The position numbers were made by a program, and so were the translations under genes. The notes under the pieces are model-generated. The model did not search any database, was not told the origin of the DNA, and worked only from the letters and a program-made list of their open reading frames with translations. From the NCBI RefSeq assembly GCF_009914755.1, contig NC_060927.1: a stretch of 64,000 bases of DNA; one strand, 5' to 3'. This DNA is from the human T2T-CHM13v2.0 reference genome, Homo sapiens. Positions 45,979 through 59,750 of this stretch are shown here, in pieces. How positions within the stretch are numbered: the stretch's first letter is position 1; every line of letters begins with the position of its first letter.

Positions 45979-47289
45979 AAAGTGATCTTTCTAATATACA
46001 CATCCAATCTTGTCCTTTCCCCAGTTAGGACCTCAGTGCATCAAGTCCAGTCTCTCTAAAGTTTAGAGAAAAACACTTAAAAGCATCAGGACCAGGCTTT
46101 TTCTTTTCTATCTGGCATCCTCTATCCTTTTCACATCCTCACTTGACCGCTCACCCACGCTAAGTCACTTAAGAGTTCTCTGTCGTTCCCTTCATGCTGC
46201 TGTGTCTTTGCGTGTACCAGTCATTTTGTCCCAAGAGTCCTTATTTCTTTTCTCTGTTGGTGAATTCCTACTTATCCTTAGGGATTCAGATCCAGAGACA
46301 CCTTTCCTGTGAGACTCCCCTGCTTCACTTTAGGTAGAGGTCTTTCCCCTACAGCCCTTGGATTCACATTTCTATTGTAGTGCTTAGTAATATGCATTTT
46401 GAGTATTTATTTACCAGTCTGTGTTTCTCAGATAATTATAAGCTTTTCTGAGGCAGGGCCTCTGTCTTCCTTTTTCATCTTTGTGTCTCCAGCACCCAGC
46501 CAGGTATACTTGGCATATCCAGGGTGCTTGCTAAACGTTTGTTATGAAAGCTTGGCATGCAATTGCTATGTCATTAAAAGAAGAAATAAACGAATGAATG
46601 AAATCTATAGTGTTAAAGGAGTCATCATGTCTTTCCTTGAGCCAATCACTGTGGCCACACAAATGTAATATTCTGTGCCTACCCAAAAGTGTGGGAAAGG
46701 CCAACCCCACCAATCACCTGGCTGACAATATGAGAGGGTGGTTGCCAAAGAACATGCGAGATATCCAGAGAGGCCAGCATGTCACCTCAAAGTGGATCAG
46801 TACAGTTTGGGAAACATGGTTTAGAGATACACTGAACAAGTCACTTGCTGCTCATTTGCTTCATCTAGGCCATGATCTTGAAGGAGTTCTCAGAACAGGT
46901 GACCTCCTCTCATCCTTCCCTAGGTCATGACAGAAGCAAGCTCTGGATTAAGAATCAAAAGCTCCTGACTTCCAGTTTAGGCCCTGTCAAGACATTAAAT
47001 CTTTCTGATCTTCAGTTTCCTCAGTTATAAAATGTAGATAATGATTCCTGTCCTTCCCAGGCTGTCAAGAGGGTCAAATGAAATGATCAGTATATAAGTT
47101 CTTTCAAAAGTACCAAAAACGTATCTTGAAAGGACTATTTGTAATCTCATTCTCAGTGCTCACTTCCACACATTCCTTCTTTTGAAAGATTAAGAAAATT
47201 AATCCAACACAACCCCCTAGTTTCCCTTTGTTCACCCCACTCCAGCCAGCCTGTCCTTCTTTTTAGTTCCTCATATGTGCTATCTCCAT

Positions 47290-47700
47290 CATGATGTTTT
47301 CAGTTCAAGGAATAAAAATTCCCATGTCAAACAGCTTCAATGACAGGACATTTTATTTTCCCATAATAAGGCATCCATAGATAGAGTGGGTCCCAGGTAA
47401 AGAATGTCAGGCCCATCCCTCCACATCTTTTGGGTCTGACCTCCCCTAAGGGTCACTCTCATCCTCAGCCTTGCTGCAAGATGGCTGTAGTGGTTCCAGG
47501 AATCACAGGCAAAGAAGAACTGTTTCTTCATGCGTGTCTCTTGTTTTAGGCTAGGAAACCTTTCCAAGAAAAATCCACATGTCTTACTGGACACACGCCT
47601 ACCTCTAAACCAAACTCTTGCAAGTGGGTGATGAGATTCATGTGATTAGCTGAGATCACTCAGGATTCACTCTTGAGCTAGGGATAGGGCTCTTTTCTAC
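47290..47700 (-). mobile_element. Old MaLR LTR (MLT1J/K-like)
   Basis: gcaagatggctgtagtggttccaggaatcaca...aggaaacctttccaagaa. Confidence 0.55.
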
Positions 47701-47779
47701 ATAGACAGATGGTATAAAATGATCAGAAAGTGATCAGAGTCAACAGCTACAAGAGTGGGTGATTGGGTATTAAATAGGC

Positions 47780-48556
<777 letters not shown>

Positions 48557-49072
48557 TGCTCTGCACCATATGCCAAACTCCTTCCTGAATACAGAGGCTT
48601 TGTGTATAATGTTCCCATCTGCTTAGAATGTGTTTCTCTTTCTTCTCACCTGATGCACTCTCACTCTCCCTTCAAGTCAGTGTAAATGTCACTTCTCTTA
48701 GAAAGCCTTATTTGATCCCTCTCTCTGCCTGATGCCAGTCTCCCAATGCTTGCTCTCTTATTCTGTACTTCTCTGTAACAAAGCTTATGATAATCGCCAT
48801 TTAATTAATTGTTGTGTAATTATTTTCATTCCATCTTTATCCCCAACTAAACTGCTGCTTGAAGGCAAGGATTATGTTTTTTGGCTCACCACAGTGTCAC
48901 TGGCACCTAGCATAATGCCTGTCTTACTTGCAAGGTTAAGGACTTACTGGCTTTTGGAAAGATGAGCCTTGTGAGGGACTAAAGATTTGAGTTTGAGGGT
49001 CATTCAAACAGATAAAATTATCAAAGCTTTGGACCAAAAAAAAAAAAAAAAAAAGATCTTTAGTCCACATGA

Positions 49073-49388
<316 letters not shown>

Positions 49389-49933
49389 GGATCTACCTTT
49401 ATTTCTTGTGACAAAATATAAAATTTATGCATAGGAGGGATGCCCATTGTTTAAGGGAGAATCTTGGCATGGCTTACATGTCTATAAAAGATGCCATTTT
49501 AATCATTTTTAAATAGAAACAGGATTTCATCTCAAATCCACAATGCATTTATTCATTTAATACCTACTTAGTGGACATTGTACCTGGCAAGATCCTTTGA
49601 ACTATCTGCCATCAACTCTTCAAAAGTCATTAGAGAACATATGTTAATGGAGAATATTTCAGATTCTCTTTCTGTCTCCCCTCAACTGTATTTCAGTATT
49701 GGGCTTTTGACTTTCATTAAAGGAATAAGAAAATTAATCACTATATTTTCTGGAAAAGGGGAACAGAGGACACTGTCTATTTTGTCTCTTAGTGCTCACT
49801 GGGAGAAATTTCTTTTAGTGATAAGTGGCATGAAGCAAGGTAAGCACAAATGAACAAGCAAATATATATGCTTGCCATCTCTTTGTCAGGTAGACTCTTC
49901 CTGACAAATCCTTAAACCTGACCCTTACCTTGA

Positions 49934-50100
49934 CAGGAGGTGAACCCAGATTTTGTGGGTCTTAAGACATATAATTTGGAATCTCTCTTTGAGAAAAAAA
50001 GTACAAAATAAAAATGTGACACAGAGCCATGGAAGGGGCCCACATGAGAGAGGGGATCTGATGTTAAAGCTTCATCAATTTCACAGTAAATCAGCATCTT
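49934..50100 (+). mobile_element. MER53-like hAT element
   Basis: cccagattttgtgggtcttaagacatataatttgg...aagcttcatcaatttcacagtaaatcagcatct. Confidence 0.6.
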
Positions 50101-50867
50101 GATTCAGTCAGGGAAAGTGGTCTCTTCCCACCCCATACCCCCCCCACGTTTGTTCTGACCCCTATGAGTTGCTTATATTGCTTTCTTACTTGGAAGTCTC
50201 CCCTCCTCTTTCTTCTGCAATCCCTAGATAATGTTTTTTTCAGATTTTGGTGCCACAATGCCTTCTTTGACTCTACCCAGTAGAAAAAAGCTCTCTCTTC
50301 CTTTAAGGTCTACGACCTTGTATAGAGAGCCCAGGGTATTTTGTAATGAACTGCTCTATTTGAAGTGCATATTACTATGCCTTCTCCAGTAAGATTATCC
50401 ACTATCTGGGCACAGGGACTGTTTTTACTTTTTGACTCACTTACTGCATTTCTGGGTACAACAAAAAGGAAAGGAAAAAAGGAAAAGTATTACAGAAGCA
50501 AAATGATGAAGTTTAGAGTCAGGAAGACCTAGTAGAGTCCTAACACTGCTACTTATTAGGTAGAGCCTTCATCAAATCACTTAACCTCTCTGAGTCTCAG
50601 GTTTCTCACTGATAAAATGGATATAATACTGATATTTATTTCATATTATTGTTGGAAAATTAAGAGCTTTTATTCATTCACTGAGTATCCATTTAGCCTC
50701 TGCCTTGGGCTATTTTTGGTACCAGAGATGTCGACTAAATGTGAATGAGAAATACTTGCTGCATAGGGGTTCTCACAGCTGAGTTGGAGATGGAAATTTA
50801 TAGTGAAACAGGATAAGGCTATAACAGACATGTGAAAAGAGCATAGAGCCAGACACATAAGTGCTCA

Positions 50868-51341
<474 letters not shown>

Positions 51342-51598
51342 CTATCAGAGATAAGGATTATTTTTATTATTACCGTTCAAGAAAATTCATCTCAGAGCAC
51401 TTCCCTTCTTCCCAACCATAAATGCTCCCCAGCAAGTCATTGGGTGGGCAGTCCAAAAGTACAAAGTACAGGCAATACCTTCAGAGAATGAGACGAGTTT
51501 TAGGGAAGAAAATAATGTTAGACATGTAAATAACTTGAAGATTTAGAGCTCATTGTATGAGTTTGCATTATACAAAATTGTATCATTATATCATTATG

Positions 51599-52029
51599 TC
51601 ATTTTGTTGATGGGAAAACTGAGGTCCAGGGAATTGAAATGAGTGGGTGAACATTATGAACAGTAAAAATTTTTGAGTACACTGGGTTTATGCAGGTGCA
51701 TAAATGATTGATTGATGCATTTCATGATTGATTCAACCTTGTCCTGCCTAATGTGCCTGAGGTCACATCTAGGCTCAGGAGGAAAGAAATCTGTAATTGA
51801 TTAGTGATGTCTGGTGGGCACAGTAATGGAGAAAGTGCTATGTAGGTGTCTCATTTTAGCCAACTCTAAGTTTCCTAATCCATGATTTCCAGCATAATGA
51901 AGTAGAAAAACCATGAGAATAGATAAGACAATAACTGCCTTTGGTCTCGAGTATGCCCTTTATTAAGTGTATAATGTTCACCCATTCATTTCAATTCCCT
52001 GGGCCTCAGTTTTCTCATCAACAAAATGA
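51599..52029. repeat. Inverted repeat, 59-bp arms 51599-51657 and 51971-52029
   Basis: Reverse complement of 51599-51657 matches 51971-52029 at 56/59 positions. The right arm is part of a MIR-like sequence. Confidence 0.95.
51660..51699. repeat. Direct 40-bp copy of CPNE4 exon sequence 51259-51298
   Basis: acagtaaaAaTttttgagtacactgggtttatgcaggtgc vs exon acagtaaaCaGttttgagtacactgggtttatgcaggtgc: 38/40, last 29 bp identical. Confidence 0.95.
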
Positions 52030-52104
52030 AAATTAGATTAGAGGTTGAAAAGTTCCTTTCTGCTCTAACATTCCATGAGCTATGATTTCCTTTGTCTTCT
52101 GTGA

Positions 52105-52565
52105 TAATAGTTTTTCAGTTGTCCCCCTCTCTCAGATATTAATACATCTCTGCCACTTTCTGCACTATTCTGTGACATAGGAGACTGATGTCTATGGATT
52201 GATTTTCCTGGCACCCTTGCCCTCTGGGTTCTGGTTGGAGTCAGCCAAATGGAGGACTTCGCAGGAGATCAGAGAATGGGAGAACAGAGAGGTGCAGGCA
52301 TGCCTCTATACACACACATTCTGCTAGCAGACTTCCTTCTGCACAGGGAGCTTTTGCTGGGATTTGGTAACATAGTGCCTCTCTCTTGTCCCTTCACATT
52401 GAGGGGTAGTAATGGCTTCCTGTTGTTGCTATCTCTGATGTCTCGGATGCCTCACTTTCTTTCTTGGCTCTTTTAACCCTGCCCATTCCCGTGTACAGAG
52501 TTTAGTCCTTTAGGTTAAACTGTTTGGGTATGCCATCTGTTTTCTACTAGGATCCTTATCGCTAA
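52105..52565 (-). mobile_element. LTR33-like ERVL LTR
   Basis: cccttgccctctgggttctggttggagtcagccaaatgg...tgccatctgttttctactagga. A similar element lies at ~60060-60445. Confidence 0.6.
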
Positions 52566-55007
52566 GGCTCTTTTCCTACATACTTGTCACAAGTAAAAAT
52601 ATACAAAACCATTTATATTTTGGGAAGCTTTTAAAGACTAAGTTATAGATAACCCAAGATTCTATAGCATCCCTGTACTAGAGATACCCATCCTTCCTAT
52701 TTTACAAATCAACTGGAACCTCTATGTACTGTCAGCTTTCAAATAGAAATATGGTTTATTGGATGTTTTCTGACATTTGTTAGCACAAACTATGAAAAGC
52801 ATTTATCTCACTTTCATATGAGTAAAGGAAAATAGTCTCTCAATAAAGGGAAAGCAGTTCTTAACCATATTATGCATGTCCATGTTGCCTAGCAAAGAAA
52901 ATCTGATATTTGTTCTAGCCACCCCTAACATTCTTCAGTTCAGTGCTTTGTCTCCAGCCCTAGCCCTTCCTATGCAGGGATGTATGTGAGAGAAAATTGT
53001 CCTTTAAGGAACACTACCTGCCATTATTGGTTGGATGGACAATCCGGGTTGCAAGGAGAAGAGTATGATTCTGATTATGTCCCCATCCAATAAATAGGCA
53101 TACAGAAAACCAATCTCCAGCCCATTGCTGACTAGAATTTTACAAGTTACTGTTCTGACCAAAGGTTATCTGCCTGTTCCAGCTTCCCCAGGAAGACCCA
53201 GCTTCTATTTGAGCTAAATTTTATATTCTTATATGATGTTCATTCAGAGGGTGATGGGACTGATTATGCCACTGGCCATTTGTGCAGGTACAAGAATTTA
53301 CTATATCAGCATAATTTTTCTGTTGTTCAGGGATAATAGTTTTGAATAATAGAAATTAGAGATCATAAACTGGTAGTCTGCAGGGATAAGCTGACTTGAA
53401 GGTACTTTATTTGTCCTACTCAAAGTATTTTTCCCTTCATTTTCCCACTTAATAAGGTAGCTGTTTTTATTACCCTTCCTTTAGAAAAACTTGGAATATC
53501 TGGCAACCTTGGGCCACATTTCTTCATGGCAACAATTGGAGACTGTCCCATTTAGACAAAGCATTTACTCTTCACTTCTCACAGCAACTTCCAGGCCTTT
53601 CTCCTTCATTTAATTTCTCTTCCTGGCCCCTAGAGGCATTTTTGCAACATCTGGTCCAAATTCATGAAATAATGAGCCATATAAGAGATTTAATTATATT
53701 TATATTGTATCTTTTGATAGAGGATTTGGAAATAACCCCAAGAAGTATGCTGTGGGTGCATTTGACATCCTCAAGACACAAAAAGGGCACCTGCTCTCCT
53801 TGTTGCTGGAAGAGAGTGCTGAATAGGTTTAGATGATAGAAGACAGGTGATGGAAACTCTAGTCTTTGTTATTCTCCTTTAACTGCCCCAAAGGGCACAA
53901 ATAAGTGATGTGCACCAATTCTGGTACTTTTCTTCTAACTTCTTGATTTTCCAGTGGCATTCCCTTATAAAGTTCATGTTGGCATCAAGCCACACACCTC
54001 ATACACACTATACAAGGTAAGCTGCCAGCACTGAGTGACTTGGTTTTTTGAGCGAAATGACAAGATGGAAAGACATTAAGTGATAAACATTTGTATTAGC
54101 AAGACAGACGATTTCCAAGGATAATCAGAAAGCCACTAAGAATCCTGAATATAACTGCTCAGGAAAAGCAGGAAAATGACAATAAGCGAAGTGCTTGCAA
54201 TAATAAATGCATATTTGAAAGATGTTTTAAAATATTATGCATTTCCAGTTATTATGGAAGATGCATTATTTTTTTCTGGTGCCTAATCCAGGTTTCACAT
54301 GAGCAACAGGGCCTAGGATTGTTCATTTCTCATTGAGAGGCATCAGGGTCAAGGCAGTTTTTCCCAAAAGATCATTCACTTACTGGTGCTACCAGCTGCA
54401 TCCTAATCAACTGGGGGGGGCGGGGGGGCTTTCTTTAAAACTCAGATTCCTGTTTCCTAACCCCAGGTCATTCTGATTTAGTGAGTATATGGTAGGACCC
54501 AGAAATCTCTAAAAAAGTGTTCTAGAGAATTCTGGTGTGGGAACATCAGTCCTAGGGGAAATGAGGAGATGTAGAGTCTATCTCATGCTCTTGTGTGAGG
54601 TCAAGTTTTATTTTAATCTTGCTTACCCTCTGTTATCCAGTCTGCAAAAATGTGAATGCTTATCTTCTCTCTTCCCTAATCGTGATGACTGATAAATTCA
54701 CATTGCTTTATTGTTTACAGAACATGCTCACATCCATTTTTAAAATTTGATTCTTATGGCTATCATGTGATATAGTTGTATACTATTTTACAAATGAGAA
54801 AACTCAAGGTTAAATATCAGCACAAGGTATTGAATGTCAGAGTGGGCACTTGAACTCATGCCTTCTGACCTCAAAGTCTGGACTACTTTCCTCAATTCAT
54901 GAGCATCCTTAGAAAGGAAAAAGGCAGCTAGATTATGGTGTGATGGTGAGAGACTCAACCATTGAATATTGCTTCTCATGAGAAGCTTTTAAAAATATCT
55001 AAAACAC

Positions 55008-55177
55008 GGCCAGGCGCAGTGGCTCAAGCCTGTAATCCCAGCACTTTTGGAGGCCGAGGAGGGTGGATCACAAAGTCAGGAAATCAAGACCATCCTGCCT
55101 AACATGGTGAAACCCCGCCACTGCACTCCAGCCTGGGCGACAGAGCAAGACTCCGTCTCAAAAAAAAGAAAAAAAAA
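55008..55177 (+). mobile_element. Internally deleted Alu (left arm fused to the end of the right arm)
   Basis: ...aacatggtgaaaccccg|ccactgcactccagcctgggcgacagagc... TSD atctaaaaca on both sides. Confidence 0.9.
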
Positions 55178-55259
55178 TCTAAAACATTTTTCAGTCTAAT
55201 AATAAAGTCAATAACAACTAACACTTTTGGAAGGCCTGCTATCATGGTGCTCATTTAAA

Positions 55260-55945
55260 AAAAACAGCATTATTGAGGCATAATTTGCATATAATAAACC
55301 ACATCTATTTAAAGTATATATCTATTTAAAGTATACAATTCAATATGTTTTGACACATATATACTTGTGAAAACATCACCACAATCAAGAGAGTGAGCAT
55401 ATCCATGCACCCAAATTTTTCTCTTACTCCTATGTATCCTCATCCTCTCAACCTTCCCTCCTTCCATTCCCAAGAAACTACTGATCTGCTTTCTGAGACT
55501 ACAGTCTAGTTTGTATTCTTTATAATATTATATAAATGTATATCATAATCTGTGGTCTTTTATTGTCTTTAATCTTTCACGCAATTATTTTGAGATTTAT
55601 TCATGTGGTCCTATCAGTAGTTTATCCTTTTATTGCCCCCAGTCAATTACAGATGGACATTTGAATTGTTTACAGTTTTTGGCTATTACATATAAAACTG
55701 CATGACATATTCATGTACAATCCTTTGTATGGGCATGTATTTCCTCTTCTTTTGGGTAAATATGTAGGAGTGAAAGAGATTTTTGCTTAACTTTTTAAGT
55801 TCTAGTAAGTGTGGAGTGGTCTCTCATTGTGGTTTTAATTTTCGTTTTCCTAAAACTAATGATGCTGAGGCTCTTTTCGTATGCTTACTTGCCACCTGTG
55901 TATCTTCTTTGATGAAGCAGCTTTTCAAATCTTTTGACAAGCACT
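55260..55945 (-). mobile_element. Old L1M (L1MB/ME-like) 3' end
   Basis: cagcattattgaggcataatttgcatataataaa, gatggacatttgaattgtttacagtttttggctatta and tctcattgtggttttaattt. Confidence 0.8.
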
Positions 55946-56323
55946 CTGTTTTCATTCTTATAACAATATGAGGTAGGTACTGTTATTATCCTCTCTTACT
56001 GGGAGATAGAGAGACCGCCATAACTTTTCCGATTTTACACAACTTGTAGGTAGCAGAGGTGGGATGTGAACCTATGTAGTTAAGCTCCAGAACCTGTGTG
56101 TTTAACCTCTATGCTATATAGTTATGCAAATTTGAAGCATTTTTTCATAAACACTGTTGCTCAAAGTAATGCATCATCCAGACGACAAACATAAAATGTG
56201 GAACTGATAGGGAAAGTCAATGATTGAGGCTGCAGTTGTGTCTCTGGAGATCTGATTTATCCACTGGACATATTTGAGATACAGTGGGGGCCCTAAACAC
56301 TGCCCATAGAAATTGGATTGTGT

Positions 56324-56681
<358 letters not shown>

Positions 56682-57737
56682 CTATTCTCTGGGACTTCCA
56701 AGGGCTGGAACTGCCACAGGCAAAGTTGCGGGAGAGGTGAGAGCTAAATCGTGTGATGCTATCAGTGGGGAGGAGGTGAAGGCAAAAGCCAAAATTATTG
56801 TCAGTCACTGAATGCTCTAAGGTTTCCTGGAGAAATTCAGGCCCTTATCATCCCATGGGTAATAGGTCTTGGTAAAGAATGACATCATAGGCCAGAGAGA
56901 GACAAGAGGCCCTCAGGGCAGGCTTATAATTAGGTATTCCTTCAAACTGATATTCTTTAAATATTTTGTCAATATTTATTTAGTGAGGGTAGGGAGAAAC
57001 TAATTTTCTCTGAATAAAGAATGGCTTTATGTTTAAAAATAAAGGATTTATTACAGGCAATTTTTCAAACCATGTAACTTCCAAGGAGACATATTAAACC
57101 ACACAAAAGTTAGATAATAAAATGAATCACCAAGCCACCAGAAATAGCATTATTCAATTTCAGGATTTCAGCTGCTTGTGACTGCTGATTTTAAGTGACT
57201 GGCCTCAGAGTTAGTGGCTTGCTCTGTAGCTGCAACAAACAAGTTGCAGATCTCAAAATCACTCAACAGAGAGAGATAGGTTGGTGCTGATGAGACATGG
57301 TTTTAATTTTCAATTTAAATGGATTTTCTACTTTGTTAGGATTAAAACTCCTTAACAGTTTGCTGGTTGTGTAAAAAGTCTCATGTGGAAACTTGAATTG
57401 ATTTGTGCCATTTCTGTGTGATATGTCTACATACTGAGGTTGCATCATTTCTGGCTGTCTGGCTGATCTGCCACATGGACCAGGGGTTCCTGCTCACTAG
57501 TTCCTAGGACTAAAAAAATGCCTGAGTATTTGACAGCCTTTGTTTCTCCTTAACAACTTGGGTGGAAGCTGCCTCCTGCCTAGTAAATTATTAAATTCCT
57601 TCTTGAAATGGATGGCAAATTAGGTGGTGACCGACAGTGATGGTAACTTTTCTGCTCAGGCAGAAGGCACTTACATGTTATCTTCTTCAAGCCTTACCCT
57701 CATCAACTTTAAAACATACTTTTATTTCACAGTTTGA

Positions 57738-57955
57738 TATATTTGAAATTGGTATGCGTGTTTTAATTATATGCCATTGTTTAATTGGAATATATTTGAA
57801 ATTGGAGTGCATGTTATAATTAATGATATACCATTGTTTAATTGGAATATCTCTGAAATTGGGATGCATGTTGTAATTGATGATATATTGTTTAATTGGA
57901 ATATCTTTGAAATTGGGATGCATATTATAATTGATATGTCATAGTATAATTGGAA
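57738..57955. repeat. Minisatellite, 4 x 53-57 bp, inside a MER104-like DNA transposon remnant (~57695-58035)
   Basis: Units tat(a/c)t(t/c)tgaaattgg...atgc....ttaattggaa start at 57738, 57791, 57848 and 57902. Confidence 0.85.
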
Positions 57956-58165
57956 ACAATTTTTTTCTTTCCTAGGGAAACATAAAAATAATGGTTCATT
58001 TTAACACTGATTTATAATTTTACAAATGATCCTATTAAATATATCATTCTAACTTTGCAAATGATAAAATAAAACTGTGTATCAGAAAAGTAGTGGCAAA
58101 GGTAAGACTCAACTCCAGTCTTTCTCACTCTAGAATATATGCTCTTTTTATTATACTATGTCATT

Positions 58166-58639
58166 TGTTATAGGTTGAGTTTTATCCCTCAAAATTCATA
58201 TACCAGTGTCTTAGAATGTGACTTCATATGGAAATAGGATTGTGGCAGAAGTAATTAACTTAGGATAAGGTCATACTGGAGTATGGTCGGTTTCTGATTT
58301 GATATGACTAATGTCCTTATAAAAATGGGAAATTTTGACACAGACATGAACACAGGGAGAATGCCATGTGAACACAAAGGAAGAGAGCAGAGTGGTGCAA
58401 TCTCTTGTTCCTCAGCACAAGCCAAGAAATGCCAAAGATTTCCAGCAAAACTACCAAAAGCCAGGAGAGGAGCATTAAGCAATTTCTTCCTAGTAACCCC
58501 AGAGAGAACCAGTTCTGCTGACATTCTGATGTCTTGATCTTGGACTTCTAGCCTCCAGAACTGTGAAGGAATAAATTTCTGTTGTTTAAGCCACCCAGTT
58601 TATGGTACTTTGCTATGGCAACCCTGGTAAACAAATACA
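58166..58639 (+). mobile_element. MLT1B/C-like MaLR LTR
   Basis: tgttataggttgag...cttggacttctagcctccagaactgtgaaggaataaatttctgttgtttaagccacccagttt...aaacaaataca. Confidence 0.85.
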
Positions 58640-59341
58640 CCATTCTACTTAAGAAACATCCAGACTGGCAGCACCACTTAATGGATATATCTCCAAAAAA
58701 GCACTCTTCACCCATCAAGCAGTAAAACCTTCAAATACTCCAGATTAAACTGAACGAGTGATCCAGCATGACAAGTGTCTTTCTCCCACTTTCAATCCAT
58801 TGAACCCTGCCTTCATCCTCCTGCCATGCAGTTAACCTGGTTCTCAAGTAACAGGGCCTCTGGCACACTGGGTTCTGCTTATGGATCCCCTGGGATGAAC
58901 ATGCCGGAGAACCTAGAGCTAGACATTCGTTTCACCAGTAGACATAGCCTGGTACTTATGCTATTCAAAGCAGACAGCAGGGTTGCATCCTTGCTTAGGA
59001 ATGTGGCTCAGAAGTAAATGAAATGAGTATCCCCCGTAGGCACCATCAGAGAGGTCTCAAGTGCTAATATGTTCTGGGTCTTCCCCTTCCTTCGTTGGCC
59101 TCCTCAGTACCTTCAAGCTGCTGGCTCCATCCACACAGAGCATGAGCAAATCCTGCCTGATTTGCCACAGAAGCGTAGATCTCAGCTACATCTTCCAGTG
59201 CCAAATGCTGCGTGTCCTCTATAGCTGTTCCTTTTCCCCAGTGTGAGTGTCCAGTTTGTGAGGCTGTTTTCTGATTTCTCGGTTTGTATGCCTCATTGTC
59301 TTTTGCCCCAGTCCACTCAGCTTGAGGGGTTTGTCACTGTC

Positions 59342-59750
59342 CTAGTGCTGTGTGATAGAACTTTCCATGATGTTCTTCATGGTCCAAACTAGCCACATGT
59401 AGGTATTCAGCACTTGAAATGTGGCTAGTGGGACTGAAGAATGGAATTTTAAATTTAAATTTAAATAGCCACATGGGGACAGTACTGTTCTAGCCTGTGC
59501 CAGCTCTATCTTGCTGTAGTTTAGTGAAATCCTGTATAGTACACACACATTTAATTGGCCTGGAGATTCCCAGGTGATGTCAACATATATACTAGTAATT
59601 CTCAAACTTTTCTTGCATCGAAACCACCTGGGGATCTCCAAACCAATTAATTTGGAAACTGTGTGGGGGTGGCGGGGAACCAATGCATCAGCAATTTAAA
59701 AATCTACCCAGGTGATTCCAATGCACAGTTAAGTTGTAGAACCAATAATA
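59342..59750. mobile_element. MER3-like (59342-59492) and MER5-like (59550-59750) hAT-Charlie fragments
   Basis: ctagccacatgtaggtattcagcacttgaaatgtggctagt and ccaggtgattccaatgcacagttaagttgtagaacca. Confidence 0.7.

Noticed and set aside
51660-51699. Duplicated or mutually exclusive alternative exon
   Set aside because: Only 40 nt of an internal exon part, with no flanking acceptor or donor on the gene strand.
57738-57955. CRISPR-like repeat array
   Set aside because: The units are contiguous and homologous along their length, with no unique spacers, no cas genes, and a mammalian intron context.
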